A stretch of 64,000 bases of DNA from Eledone cirrhosa (GCA_964016885.1 OZ024745.1:41788001-41852000); one strand, 5' to 3'. Shown: positions 13,549 through 29,848, numbered from the stretch's first letter. Notes: generated by a model not told the origin, from the letters alone. Numbers and translations are program-made.

Positions 13549-13604
<56 letters not shown>

Positions 13605-13694
13605 GACGGCTAAGAGAAAAGAGTACTCAATACCAAAGTAGAGTCTTAATATTCGTTTTATTAAGGCTAAAGAGCGAGTATATTCGTACGAACG

Positions 13695-14065
13695 GATAAA
13701 ACCAGGAACACGTTCGAATTAGATAAACCATCGTATGATTCACTATTGTCTAGTAACATCACGGATATCTACAAAAAAACAACAACCACCTCAGTGTGAA
13801 CAACATCAACGATGATGCAACAAAGCTCGCTACACAACTGGGAATAGCAGACAGGGTCACACCACGAAAACCCTACCTCCTGCTGCAGAACTACAGGACC
13901 ACAAAGAAAATTTTACTGCAAACCCAAAATATCGTCCATTGAATCTCACGAAGAGTGAAATGGGCAAAGTCAGCAAATAAATTCCCGACAGTATAAATAC
14001 CACAACCAGGTGATCTACCAATCTCAAGCAAATGAACTGAAGCAATTCCACCATTTGATTTAATC
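13695..14065 (+). pseudogene. Penelope-like reverse transcriptase N-terminal fragment (decayed)
   Basis: DKTRNTFELDKPSYDSLLSSNITDIYKK...LGIADRV...LQDHKENFTANPKYRPLNLTKSEMGKVSK*IPDSIN, matching the (A)DK...LKDHK.NF...P.CRLINP.KSE.G..SK pattern I recall for PLE RTs. Confidence 0.7.
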
Positions 14066-15063
14066 AGATGTCAGAAAATAGAAGTTATGAGGTTTATACT
14101 TTTCTAAAGAGCAGAGACCATACTAATAAAACGAAATATTTGCAACCAAGAAAAGAAACTAGATGGTAGACTCAGCTCACAGTAAAAAGTAAAAAGAAAA
14201 GGAGCTGATCTTCAGATCGGACCACGAAAACTACGTATTTCTATTCCTGATACTATCTGCATAGTATCTGCAGAACCTGCTGCACCAGCAAACAAATACG
14301 TCTATGATTTGATTGTCATTCTCGAATGTTTTAGAAGCACAGTAAGCTAGGAAAGTACACGTTCGTTCCGCAATATTAACAGTGTGGCACTAAACTAGTT
14401 GTCTTTTTGTTTGATCAAGTTAAATCATACAAGCAATGCAACAGAATTTCTAATTACCGTTTGTAATAAAGCAGAAAATACATTGAAATTTGACATATAA
14501 CTTCCAAAGCTGAAAGATAAAATAGAAATGCAACTGAAAGTAGAAATGTAAATGTATACAACTAATTTCAGTGGTTTTCTGGTCCTATGTTTTTTTTTTA
14601 TTTGCATGGCAATAGAAAAAAAATAGATAGACCATAAAGTGGATACAAATTCCTATTCCTGAACACACAGAGGAACATATAGAATATTGGTCGCATCTTT
14701 AGTGTTAGCAGCGATGTATGGAACACGGGAGAATAGGGCAGATAGACACACATTGTCTCGTTAAATGGTACATATGATGACAGATTAACGACAATTTGTA
14801 CGGGAAGCTGAGGCATTATCCTCTCTATCATTTTAAATTTTCTTTAACTGTCCATCTATCTATCAATCCATCCACCCACCTGCTTGCGCTTACCTGCCTG
14901 CCTACCTAACTACATGCCTACCTACCTACCTACCTACCTACCTACCTACCTACCTACCTGCCTAACTACCTACCTGTCTACCTGTCTACCTACCTGTTTA
15001 CCTACCTGTTTATATTGGCAGCTAGTTATATAGTTTGTATCCATTGTTGTTTAATGTCATAAT

Positions 15064-15246
15064 TGTTTCTACTTTAGGCTCAAGGCCAGTAATTACCCAG
15101 TGCATTACTGGTACTTTATTTTATCGACTCCGTAAGGATGAAAGGCAAAGTCAACCTCGGCGGGATTTGAACTCAGATCGTAAAGGGACGTAACTATGCC
15201 GGAAAGCATGGCGTCCGACCCTCTACCGATACTGCCAATCCACCAA
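15064..15246 (-). mobile_element. Nin/Deu-domain SINE copy
   Basis: Full core; about 17-bp TSD TTGTTTA(A/T)TGTCATAAT. Confidence 0.85.
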
Positions 15247-16300
15247 TTGTTTATTGTCATAATGATGCCTTTGCATGGCCATTGTCAAAAGTCTAAAACC
15301 AGTAAAAGGTAGATAATTAGATAATTTAACTTGACAGTTAACAAATACCATTCAGTGCGAGGAGCAGACGAGTGGAAGAAAAGCAAAATTACTACTACTC
15401 TTACATCAGAATAGATGGATTCTTCGACGAGATTCCCATTGTAAACCGTATGAGTAAATTGTACCTTGCTACAGTGGTAATTCACAATCGAGTATGATTT
15501 GATAATATGTACCAGGATTTCTCTAAGAGCATTGCGTGCCTATGCAGACATAAGTAAACATAGACACCCTCGTTTGATCCAATAGAATATCCATAAGTGA
15601 CAGCTGTAAGGAAAAATGCTGCACAGAACTAGAGGGGTAGAGTCTTTAATAACCCCGAAATGATGAACCGCGATTGGATTTGCACTCAAACTGGGATCAA
15701 ATATTCAACGCTCTAACGATTTAAACAAATCGACCGCCTTAAGTTGTACCTAACTAGTAAGACGCCGGTTGAGACTGTTGTTTTCACAAGAGTTCACTTA
15801 ACAAAGAAGTTATTCCGAAGTGTATCTGAGGCCCTCTAATGTTAGCAGTATAGCTTCGTATGCAGCAATATCATTTGTATCAATAAATAATTCATTATGA
15901 GTTAAATATATTGTAAAACAAATGCGTACAGTGTAGTTTTTTTTAAAATTCATTTAATCACCCCCATCCCCTCTCTCTCACAAACACGAACACATATTTG
16001 AAGTTCGAATATCGTAAGATATCAGGCTTAATTTTTTAAACGTTCTCTGGCATTAATTGGCAGAATGTAGAGACAGTAGTTTATAAAAGTATTTATAGCA
16101 ACGGTAGCAATTGCTATAAAACAACTTTATTTACATAAAAGTATTACAGAATTGTTTTTGTTTGTGTTGAAATGCCTAAATTCTATAGGTTTGTCATATG
16201 TAAGGTAAAAATGATCAGAAATTCAGATGTAAAGGTTTCGTGAAACTGAAATATCTAGTCGACTGCAACTATCAGCGGATCTTCTGTCAGAAGCACCCAC

Positions 16301-16331
<31 letters not shown>

Positions 16332-16392
16332 TGTATGTATGTATGTATGTATGTATGTATGTATGTATGTATGTATGTATGTATGTATGTAT

Positions 16393-16640
16393 GCTTTGTG
16401 CAGTGCCTTTGCTCACTATAAACACTTCACGGCACAGGCATTGCTTTATATCTGGAGATCTCTCTGGTACCATGGGCCCAGCACTATGTGTCAATAATTG
16501 TCATAAGTGTAGTGTTTGTACCAGAGTTTTCAAGTCGCTGGCTGGACTAAAAAGTCACACCCGTTCAGCGCATCGGTAGGGGTTCTCCTACATGGATATA
16601 AAGTAGTGGCCGTACTCGAAAACGAGTTGGCAGCCACCAT
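16393..16640 (+). mobile_element. 5'-truncated copy of the bipartite RTE derivative within (TATG)n
   Basis: Near-identical to 13023-13290. Confidence 0.8.
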
Positions 16641-16676
16641 GTATGTATGTATGTATGTAAGTATGTATGTATGTAC

Positions 16677-16707
<31 letters not shown>

Positions 16708-16739
16708 TGTATGTATGTATGTGTGTGTGTTTGTGTGTT

Positions 16740-16827
<88 letters not shown>

Positions 16828-16849
16828 CGTGTGTGTGAGTGTGTACAAG

Positions 16850-17230
16850 AGTAGTGGATTTGGGTAAGCCTAAGAGCATCGAACAAAATTCTTTGCAGCA
16901 ATTAGTTACGACCCTTTATATTCTGAGTTCAACTATGACTTTCATGGTACCGGAGTCGATAAAATAAAGTACCAGCCACGTACTTAGGTCGATGTCATCG
17001 ACCTCCCACCCCAGATTGTTAGCTTTGTGCCTAAAGAAGAAATCATTTCTCAGCATCGGTAGTGGGTCGGACGCCATGCTTTGACGCATAGAGTTACGGC
17101 CCTTGCCATTCTGAGTTCGAATCCTGCTGAGGTTAACTTTGCCTTTGATCCTTATGGGGTCGATAAAATAAAGTACCAGTAATGCACTGGGTCATTGCTG
17201 GCCTTGTGCCAAAACTAAAAAACAATTATT
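16850..17230 (+). mobile_element. Two tandem Nin/Deu-domain SINE copies
   Basis: Two GTCGATAAAATAAA(A)GTACCAG cores near 16955 and 17158. Confidence 0.75.
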
Positions 17231-17396
17231 TATATATGTACAAGAAGTTAGATGCAAGGAATTTTATTGCTAAGTTTTAGGACTCATTGTGGCTGCGATT
17301 CCTGTTACTTTTTACCATTTATAGCCACCTTCGTCTTTCATCCTTTCGCGGTCGAAAATGAAGTACGAGTCGAGAACTGGAATCGATTCTTCATTT

Positions 17397-17472
<76 letters not shown>

Positions 17473-17610
17473 TCTCCTTTTCTCTCTTTCTTTCTAGAAG
17501 AATCGGCTAAACCTGGAAGGGATGTGCTCCACCATGATTAGAAACACAAAACACTATGCATCATGAGCACAACGCCACACGTATCTATTAGAAGTCAAGG
17601 AACTAATAAA

Positions 17611-17706
<96 letters not shown>

Positions 17707-18098
17707 AATAGAGAGAGAGAGGGAGAGAGAGATTAATGTAAACGCTAAAAGAGAAAGTCCCTACAAAGTGTTTAATCGTATTCCATCACACGTCAGAATA
17801 AATGACACGGAAAGATTGAAGAGCACCTTTTACTGCAGACGGAGAACAGCAGTTGTGATTATTACCAATCAATTTGTGGAGAAACAATGTGAAATAAAGC
17901 AAAATAAAGTAAAACAAAGCGAAGCAAACAATAAAAACACCGCCCTACCCCAAGACAGACAAACAAACTATAGCTATTATCTTTTAAAAAGCAACAACAA
18001 AACAAGAAATTCCCATGAAAGAGGTATTGAAACAAGCGTGTTGAAAATGTAAGTAGAATAACTGACCATAAGAGTATCTGGGTCCATATGCTTGTCTC

Positions 18099-18169
<71 letters not shown>

Positions 18170-19012
18170 TAGAATAACTTATAGTTGGGATGAGGTGGTT
18201 GGAAGGGGAAGAGCGAGAGGAAGAGAGGAAGCAGGAAGGTCAAACTGCGAGATATGAACAATAGAATAATGAAGCCATTTCTGGCGACATTTTGTGCTGG
18301 ATTGGACAGACTATAATGTTATGGGCATTGGTGGACAAATGGATAAAATGTTCCATACGGACCTGGCGGCGACAGATCAATAGCCTTTCATGAATGAAAC
18401 AAAACAAAACAAAACAAAACAAAACAAAACAAATAAATAAATAATAAAACTGACTGACCACCAGTAAAACTGAAAAAGAAAAAGAGAAACAAAACAATTA
18501 ACGATGACATCAGTAACAAATAGACGGGTTAATTAACCCAATATTATTATTATTGATATGATGTATGGAATGGTTATATGAGACAGAAGGAGAGATGAAG
18601 AGAGAGAGAGAGAGAGAGGAGAGGAGAGAAAGAGCGAGAGAGAGAGGGGAGAAGGAGAGAGAGAGAGAAGAAAAATGGAAAATAGTTTGCATCTCTCTCT
18701 CCCTATTCCTGTCTGTTTTTCAATCTCCTTCATAAAGAAACAACTAATACTGAGACACAGGTATTGATAGCCACATACACACACAGCTAAGAGAGAGAGA
18801 GAGAGAGAGGGGGAGAGAGAGATATAGGGAGGGTGAGAGAGAGGGAGGGTGAGAGAGAAAGGGACAAACAAATACACACACATACACATAAAGTTATGGT
18901 TATAAACACAAACACGTACACATACGTCCGTCGCAAAATCCACTTAAGTATATTTTGTTGTCTCAGAACTGATCATATGAGGGTAAGAGAGAAAGAAAAA
19001 GATAGAGAGTAA

Positions 19013-19109
<97 letters not shown>

Positions 19110-19123
19110 GTATATATATATAC

Positions 19124-19172
<49 letters not shown>

Positions 19173-19416
19173 CTCATCTATATTAAAACTTATATATATA
19201 TATATACAGAGAGAGAGAGAGAGAGGGAGAGACAGAGAGAGAGAGAGAGAGAGAGATGGATAGATAGAGAGAGGGATGTGTGAAAGAGAAGGGAAAGCAA
19301 AGAGAAAGAGATTTCACATCCCTAAATAATTTCAATGATACATATAAATCAACATGCACACATATTCACAAACTGAACACAGACGTATATTCCTATAAAC
19401 ATACACAGTTGCACAC

Positions 19417-19469
<53 letters not shown>

Positions 19470-22400
19470 TCACGTTACACTAACTCATACGCATGCATAC
19501 ATTCACACACGTACATGAAAAAGTAGCGTGCTACCACAACACTCGTGCATATCCAAGTATAGAGGATAAATACAGACACACACTCTCTCACACACACACA
19601 CATACACACACAGAAATTCACTCAAACTAACTGTGAACATAGACATATGCACACAATGACAATTTAGTTAGCCCTACACAAGACATAAACACACAGAGAC
19701 ACAAATACATACACACTCACACGAATGTGCATTCACATCACGTACGTCCCCACATACAAATACACATAAGCATAACTACACACAGTCTCACACTAACACA
19801 CTCGCATGGACACAGACACAAATACATACAAACATACATACACACGCACAAACGTACACACAATGATACTCACACAGAAACACAGAAACATACAAACAGA
19901 GATCCACACACACATACACAATTTTACAGAAACACACCCATATACACGGAAAGACACAGGCATAACTATAAAAAACGAAGTGCATCACAGAGTCCATCAA
20001 TGATTGTGATTTGATTTGAAATGTGCCATTGAATTTATTATTTACTGCTAATCCTAATGTGTTATAAAGGATTAATTTAATAAGCCATTTGATTAACGAA
20101 AGGGGCAGGAATTGGTTTATATGATTTTCCTGTTGGTTTTTTTTTTTTGGAGTGGGGTGGTGTCTTTTCTTCTTTGTTGTCATCTATCACCATTTCTGCC
20201 GTTTTTGTCATTCCAAGGCTGACCAATCACTAGAATTGTGCAAAGACACACGTGCACACGCAAATACACGCACAATCTCACAGGCACATACACACACACG
20301 CCGGCGCAAACACAAATACAGCTAGACACATGCACATACACATACTCACTCTGTGTGTTAGACCGTTGTCCATCCTTTGAGAGGATTGAACATGAAACAA
20401 TCATCTCTTGAAATTAACGTGCATGCGGCTGAGTACTCCACAAAGATGTACACCCTTAGCCTATTTCTCGGGGAAATTCAGCGTGACACTGTATAACAGG
20501 TGTATTTAAAAAAAAATCCTATTGAAGAAAGTATTTGTTATCTATAATAAAATACACGAATCAACATTTCTTCCACAAATTTAAAGCTGAGACACGAGGT
20601 GTTATAACCTTAACACCAAAATCAACTTTATTTAATTCATAACTACTTGAATAAATTGCTAATTGAAATTTACCAAAATTAATCGTTAAACAGAAGAGTC
20701 TTATATTCTTATTTTCATACTTTTACACTCTTTCAAAATATAGCAATACTGACTGATTATAGTTGAATCGGTTCATAAATGTTGTGTTTATTAAAATGTA
20801 TGACTTTTGAAGCACTGAGCCGTATCATTTGATACATAAACTCCATTAAAGCACTGATTTTCTATATTATACATTTCGACGCTGTAAAGGAAAAATATAA
20901 CCTCAGCATTGATGAAAGAACTCACGGGATGTCTGTTATTTGAAATGCTACAAACCGAAAATGAACTGCAAAAACCAATAAATCAATAAGTAAATACGTA
21001 CATAGTTAAATAAAAACTAAAATTATTCTATTTCAGATTTCAGCCATGCAAAAGAATTGAACCCTGTGAGACAGGAAATGTAAGCAAGGAAGCTACATAG
21101 AATCTCAAGTTGTCATAGCTGGAGACACAGCGAATATGTAAAAGCAACGTTATGGATCACCGTGAATACAAACTTGCAAACAACCAAACTCACACGTTTA
21201 CACACTAACATTTCGCAGAGATTTTTGTCACTTTACATTCGTATACACATTCAAAGCATCCATCATGTTTACAGTTTTTTCTCAATTTGTACACAATTTT
21301 TATAGCAATCTGAACATAGGTCTCTACTTCTTTACCGATTCTATATTTAGGTTGTTTACACGAAATAGTCAATAGTTTATTCAAAACCTGAATGATATAA
21401 AAAAAAAACACGAGGACATAGCAATACAGACGTCTCTGTTAGGACACAATATCATTAAAACGCTTCATAAAAGAACAGGATATTTTGCCATTGTCTGATT
21501 CTTGCATGTCTGACACATGTGTTTAGTTTGTTTTATTTTTCATGTAAAGTGTAAAATACAATATACTATGTGTAAGCTGAGACGAAGCATAAACCCTCCA
21601 TTTAACTTACAAGTCAATATAGGCTGAAGAATAATAGTTATAATTCTCAGTGGAAATAGCGGAAACATGGAGCAAATTTAAACAACTGGAACGAATTCGC
21701 GTTTGACAAGATGGGGAACATCGAACAGATTTAAGCACACGTTAACAAAGCAAAACAAAGAAAACAACACTTGTAGGCATGCGCAAGCACAAGCGTCCCA
21801 TTGTTAGTCAATTCATTCTATCTGTTGGTGTATGTAGAAAAAGGCGCACTTTCCAGTATCGGTAAAAGTGTCCAGTCGATACAACATTATTGTGTGTAGT
21901 GAAGTGAAAGAGAAAGTAGGAGGAATATTAAAAACGACTCAACAGCGTTCGATCACGGTTCTTTATATTGTGAATTGAACTATGAGGACAAACAATTGCA
22001 CAGGGAATTTAATTGATTTTTTTCTTCTGTATCATTGTAATTTGACTATATGTCCTATGGTCAAAATTTCATATGCATATAGATGTTTATACACACACTG
22101 GCTCGTGCACACGTATACAAGCACACACACATAACTAAATATACACAGATGAAAAGAAAGTTTAGTGGGAATTCGTGGTTGTGAGAGAACTTACATAATC
22201 GGCTTTATTAGATCTTGAAAAATAAGTATCCCAGTCTTTTATTTTATGTGAATGTAATAGCGTGGGGGCGAAAGAGAGAGAGAAAGAGAGAGAGGGGGGG
22301 GGGGATTGTGTGTGTATATTTGTGTGTGTATGCGCATGTGTATATAAGTATGTATGTATTGGAAACCTAGGGAGAAAGAGAGAAAAGGGAAAAAAGAAAG

Positions 22401-23200
22401 ACAGAGCAAGTGAAAATACGAAGAACACAATTCAACTGCAACACAAGATAAATGTAAAGGTCGTCTCATCACACAGACAACTACATATCAGCTGATATAT
22501 TTTACTTGCACTTCTTTTAATTTATCAGATATTTCAAAATAATCTAAGACCCTTTCATCTTGTCCTACTGTTTTTCAGCAGCAATTCTCCAAAGACTCTT
22601 CCCACCACCACACGTAAAATACAAGAAACAAACAAAACAACAGTTCTTTTTAACTTACAAGATAATGCCAATGAAATACTACAAAACAATATAGTATCAA
22701 TCAATAAATTGATTATAAAAAACTGTAAGGTCTCAAGGACTTAGCTAAGAAATTGTAGAGATATATTATGCAGCTTTGGGCCAAAATGATGCTATAAATT
22801 ATACAATAATCAGGTTATATTTAGTGATGCCAATAATTTTACTGAATTAAATCTACATATGTCAAAGTACCTCATAGTTTCTTAAAGGTAATCAATCAAA
22901 CCGAACTCTAAATTATGAAATGAAGATTTCTAAACAGTATTGTACACAATGTTGTTTATTTCAGTCCTAAGGCAACTTTCATTAGGCAGAATCATGATCA
23001 AAGACATTCCAGTAGTATCTATCTCGTCTCTGATTGGTCTTGGTCTGTTCCTATCGCCATCTCTGAGGTTTGAGGACCATCATATATCTAAATCTACATT
23101 ATTCAACATACCGGTACCAGTTTTAAGACGGCAATACACACATACTCGCGTACACACGCATATATATAATACACACATATATATAATACACACGTACACA

Positions 23201-23273
<73 letters not shown>

Positions 23274-23448
23274 ATGATGGCCGCAAAATCGTGTTCGAGC
23301 ATTGCCATCGCCTGATAAAATGCTCAAAAATGTGAGGCACGAATGTGGCTCTTTAAACCAGCCAAAGACTTGCACCCTCTGGCACACACATCTCCTGCGG
23401 GACTTTCTACTGCTTGGTTCTGACTTTGTGTTCTCATATATATATATA

Positions 23449-23553
23449 TACAGAATGTCCCTCAAAATGTATACACATTTTGATTACCTGTACAGGCAAT
23501 ATTTATTAGAATGCAGTTGAGGTGTGTATACATGTTTTAGGGACACCCTCATA
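23449..23553. mobile_element. Tc1/mariner-like MITE
   Basis: Imperfect TIRs TACAGAATGTCCCTCAAAATGTATACAC / GTGTATACATGTTTTAGGGACACCCTCATA, TA flanks. Confidence 0.55.
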
Positions 23554-25258
23554 TTTCCTTTAAGTTATCGTAAGTCAGCTTACACCTAATTTACTGTATT
23601 TTAATTTATCTCTAATTCTTCTTCACGTGTTATATTTTGATAATCAGTTTAAGTTACCTTAGGTTAGCCTACACTATTTAATTGATAAAGAACCACCTAA
23701 TAGCTCCTTACTGGTCAGGTATGTTGGCCCGGTGGCCTTGATTGGTGTCACGGATATTTACCCAGAGCTAATTTTCCGATATGTAAGAACAACCTTGCAG
23801 CTCTTTTAGTATTCTAGAACCAACACATACTCGTATATTTATAATTAAATTCGGTTAGCATTTTTCGATGGTTGTGAAGCAAGTGATTAATTTCAGAATG
23901 TGTATAACCAAATCCAGTCAATGAAATTGAGTTTGTTTTTTTAACCCAAATTAACACTGATGAAATACATCCCAGCCGTGAACATCTCATCTCAGTTAGT
24001 AAAATATTTTAAAATGGTTGTTGATGCTTTTAATTCTATTGCACTCAATTCCGTGTGAAAAGATCTGTTCTGTTGGTATACGAATTCATTAAGTTTAATA
24101 CTCTGTAGGTTTTTCAAGCTAAAATTTTCGACGCTTCTCTATTTTTCACTAGTTTTCCTTGCTTTGCTGATTAACTATTTAGAAATAACTAAATTGCTTT
24201 TTAATTGTTTTATTTTGCTTCAATTGTAATTTCTTTCTAAAATAATTTTACCCCTTGGACAAGTTTAATTGTTGGTAATGCTTTCTTTCATTTCTCTAAC
24301 GGTATGTTTAACCTTAATTTTTTGGTTTCTGGGTATAGTTTGTTGTTCCTTATATCGCCTTATCCTCCTTTTCATATCTATTACTATATCTTTTCTTCTT
24401 CATTTAATATCATTACTATATCTTTTCTTCTTCATTTAATATTTTTTTCTATTTTTGTCTTACCATGCTGTCTCTGTATTTTATCAACTTTCTTGTTTTT
24501 CACTGTCAGCCTCTACGGCTATTGAGCTATTGAGTAATTTATATGATTTATGTCACATATATAAATTTCACTTTAACCTTTACTGTATCAATCGTTTATT
24601 TTGATAATAATATCTTAATTTTTTATTTTATCTCTTTCACTTGATAAGAATGTTATTATTTCTGGTTCTGTTAAAATATTACCAACCAGAACTTGTAGTT
24701 GATTATAGTCACCTGTTCCTGTAGGTAATGGTGTACGTTTTCATTACACTTGTAGCCCTGTTTGCATGTAATATTACTAGTGACAGGTGTTTATAGTTCT
24801 TTTAATTATTTAGTTTTGCTGTGCTCGTTTCCTCAACTATCGTTCCTCTAGTTTCTAACACATTTCTCTCTCATTTCATAATTGCATGCTGTTTATATGC
24901 TTTTCAGCTGTCCGTGGTTGATAAACCAAGAACCAGTCATACACTGGGCTCCTGTCAATTAACTATACTACTTCCCTTGTCCTTATAGCAATGCTCAAGA
25001 ATCCGAGTATTGGTTTCGATTCTTTCCGGTTTCTTTTCGGTTGGGCGGATACTTTCCGCCCTCAATCCCACCAATCTCAGAGGCCCGAAAAAGCTTCACG
25101 AGAGTTGCCTTTTTACTTTAACTAACCAATAAATACCAAACTATCGAGAACAAACAACACCAAAACTCTGATTTTGACTGATAAAACCGACTTTTGTCAA
25201 AACAAAATAGTCTTTTCTTTTTCTCAATCGAATTACGCTCGAGAATCCGGAGATAAAT

Positions 25259-25390
25259 GCCTTCTTCTTCTTCTTCTTCTTCTTCTTCTTCTTCTTCTTC
25301 TTCTTCTTCTTCTTCTTCTTCTTCTTCTTCTTTTCTTCTTCTTCGTCTTCGTCGTCGTCGTCGTCGTCATCATCATCATCATCATCATCT
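25259..25390. repeat. Compound trinucleotide repeat (CTT)n(CGT)n(CAT)n
   Basis: Direct inspection. Confidence 0.95.
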
Positions 25391-25906
25391 CCAGAAAGTG
25401 TAACTTGGCAACTGAGAACATGCCATTCAGAAAGTTTTCAGAAGCTATATCGCTCTCAATGAAAAAAGATAGTTGTGATTGTAATAAATGGTCAAACCAA
25501 ACCCTCCCCATGTTTTTAGTTCGTCGCTTATAAATGATTTTTCTACTCTCACGTTCTTTGTTTGTTTGGGTTTTTTTTTTTTTGTTTTTAATATCTGATC
25601 AGTAGTGTTCTTATAACAAGTAGATACGCACATTCATATACTCACACACAGACATGTATAGATATACACACATGCACATATATACCACAGAGACAATCAC
25701 ACGCATTCACTTTCAACACAAGAACGGAAACACACACACACACACACACACACATTCCCACATACTAACTCTCCACTTTCCATTTACTTTACATGTCTTT
25801 CCTCATCTTCTCCGTCTCTCTCACATTCTTTTACCCCCTCTTACACATAATCTCTCTCCCTCTCTGTACTGACTCTTCATGTGTGTTTCTCTGTCACTCA
25901 CTTTCA

Positions 25907-25941
<35 letters not shown>

Positions 25942-26051
25942 CCTTTCTCTCTCTCTCTCTGCTGTCTTTTATCTGTTTCTCTCTTATTCACTCTCTCTGC
26001 TGTCTTTTATCTGTTACTCCCCCACCCTCTCTCTCTTTCTCTCTCTCTCTG

Positions 26052-26131
<80 letters not shown>

Positions 26132-26359
26132 CTGATTTCTATATATTTTTACCTTCCGTCACGAACAACGAACACCAAACTTAACTACCCAAACACTGCC
26201 CCCTCTTTCATTCAAGCCAGTGTTTTATTAAGCAATCCACTTGCAAACTAAACTGTTTATTTAATCGGCACATCGAACAAAGATGAAAGAACAGTCGCAC
26301 CTTGATCGTCGGACTTGCACGTAGAAACGCATATATACGAAGAACGCGCTTACGAGTGC

Positions 26360-26397
26360 GGGCACACACACAGATACACACACACACACACACACAG

Positions 26398-26468
<71 letters not shown>

Positions 26469-26475
26469 TATATAT

Positions 26476-26519
<44 letters not shown>

Positions 26520-28380
26520 GCACACACAGATATACACACAGAGATATATACACACACAGTGATATAAACACACACAGATACACACACAGAGAGATATACA
26601 CACACATATATATACACACACACACAGAGATACACACACACAGATATATACACACATAGTGATATAAACAGACACAGATACACACACACACAGATATACA
26701 CACACAGATATATACACACACACACAGAGATACACACACACAGATATATACACACACATAGACGCAGATACACATATACACACACACATACACATATATA
26801 CATACACACAGAGATACACACAAACAGATATATACACACACAGATACACATAAACACACACATAGATACACATACAAAAATATATACACACACATAGACA
26901 CAGATACACATACACACACAGAGAGATACACACACAGAGGGATACACATACACACACATAGACACATATATACATAAACACACACATAGATACACACACA
27001 CATATACACACAGATATATACACACACATAGACACAGATACACATACACACACACATATACACAGATATATACCACACACACACAGATACACACACACGG
27101 ATATATACACACACATAGACACAGATACACATACACACACACATACATAGATATATACACACAGAGATATATACACACACATAGACACAGATACACACAC
27201 ACAGATACATACACACACATAGACACAGATACACATACACACACACATACACAGATATATACACACACACAGAGATACACACACACGGATATATACACAC
27301 ACATAGACACAGATACACATACACACACACAGATACACACACACAGATATATACACACACATAGACACAGATACACATACACACACACATACACAGATAT
27401 ATACACACACATAGACACAGATACACATACACACACACATACACACAGATATATACTCACACGCACACAGATACACACACACAGATATATACACACATAT
27501 AGACACAGATACACATACACACACACATACACTCACACACACACACAGATACACACACAGATATATACACACACACACACACAGATACACACACACAGAT
27601 ATATACACACACATAGACCCAGATGCACATACACACACACAGATATATACACACACATAGACACAGATACACATACACACACACAGATACACAGATATAT
27701 ACTCACACACAGATACACACACACAGATATATACACACACATAGACACAGATACACATACAAATACACACACAGATATATACACACACATATATACACAA
27801 ATACACATACACACACATACACACAGATATATACTCACACACACACACACAGATACACACACACAGAGATATACACACACATAGACACAGATACACATAC
27901 ACATACACACACATACACAGATATATACACACACACACACACAGATACACACACACAGATATATACACACACACAGACACAGATACACACACACAGATAT
28001 ATACACACACATAGACACAGATACACATACACACACACATACACAGATATACACACACACGGATACACACACACGGATATATACACACACATAGACACAG
28101 ATACACATTCACACACACATACACAGATATATACTCACATACAGATACACACATACAGATATAGACACACACATAGACACAAATACACATACACACACAC
28201 ACACACAAATATATACATACACACACAGATATATACACACACATAGACACAGACAGGCACACACACACACACAGATATATACATACACACACAGATATAT
28301 ACACGCACATAGACACAGACACACACACACACACACACACACACAGATATATACATACACAGAGATACACTCACAGAGAC
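26360..28380. repeat. Complex CA-rich satellite with higher-order motif
   Basis: Recurrent CACAGATATATACACACACATAGACACAGATACACATA units; source of the 720-aa artefactual ORF. Confidence 0.92.
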
Positions 28381-28587
28381 ACACGTTCAAGCGAGAGAAA
28401 AAAGAAGAGAAAGAAGAAAGCAAAATAGAAAGACACCTGTGAGTTGTAAGGTGTATGGAGAAGGTGTGACGTTTTAGCTGTTTACCTTTACGTCTCTTTA
28501 ACAACTTATGAATCAAAAGCATTCATCCAGTCCTCTATGTATCCTTCTAGGGACACAGACAAACACACATATACATATATATATACA

Positions 28588-28669
<82 letters not shown>

Positions 28670-28739
28670 CACATACGCACGCACAGATTAAGCTCAATCC
28701 CTGTATGTGTGTATGTATGTATATATATATATGTATGTA

Positions 28740-28826
<87 letters not shown>

Positions 28827-28891
28827 GAATATATACGTATATATGAATATATACGTATATATGTACATATGTATATATATATATATATACA

Positions 28892-28956
<65 letters not shown>

Positions 28957-28966
28957 ATATATATAT

Positions 28967-29050
<84 letters not shown>

Positions 29051-29106
29051 ATATATATATATATTTCGTTTCTGAATTTGTTGGCAACATGACCCTCCCA
29101 AGGTAT

Positions 29107-29211
<105 letters not shown>

Positions 29212-29267
29212 ATATATATATATATATCCATATATATATATATTTATATATATATCCATATATATGC

Positions 29268-29315
<48 letters not shown>

Positions 29316-29505
29316 ATATATATATATATATCCATATATATATATATTTATATATATATCCATATATATGCGTATATATATATATATATATATGCATATA
29401 TATATGTATATATATATGCATATATATATATATGTATATATATATATGTATGTGTGTATATATGCATATAAATATATATGTGTGTATATATATGCATATA
29501 TATGT

Positions 29506-29557
<52 letters not shown>

Positions 29558-29617
29558 ACATATATATGCATTTATAAACACACATATATATAAGTGTTGT
29601 ATATATGTATATATATG

Positions 29618-29674
<57 letters not shown>

Positions 29675-29848
29675 GGTTGTAACATACTGTACTTCAAGGT
29701 GGTGAGCCAAAAATGACTTTTAATCAATTGGAATTATAATAAAAAATAATTAGCGTTAATGAAAAAATCAATCGCAAAAGTGAAATGTGAGAGAGCGATC
29801 GAAAAATCAACCGATCAGATATTAATTAGAGTTACGCATGGATCTATC

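Noticed and set aside
23560-25250. Possible highly decayed LINE on the minus strand
   Set aside because: Strand-biased composition is suggestive, but I could not recover a diagnostic motif
26208-28370. 720-aa ORF and overlapping long ORFs
   Set aside because: Translation of a CA/TG satellite with no stop codons; no domain content
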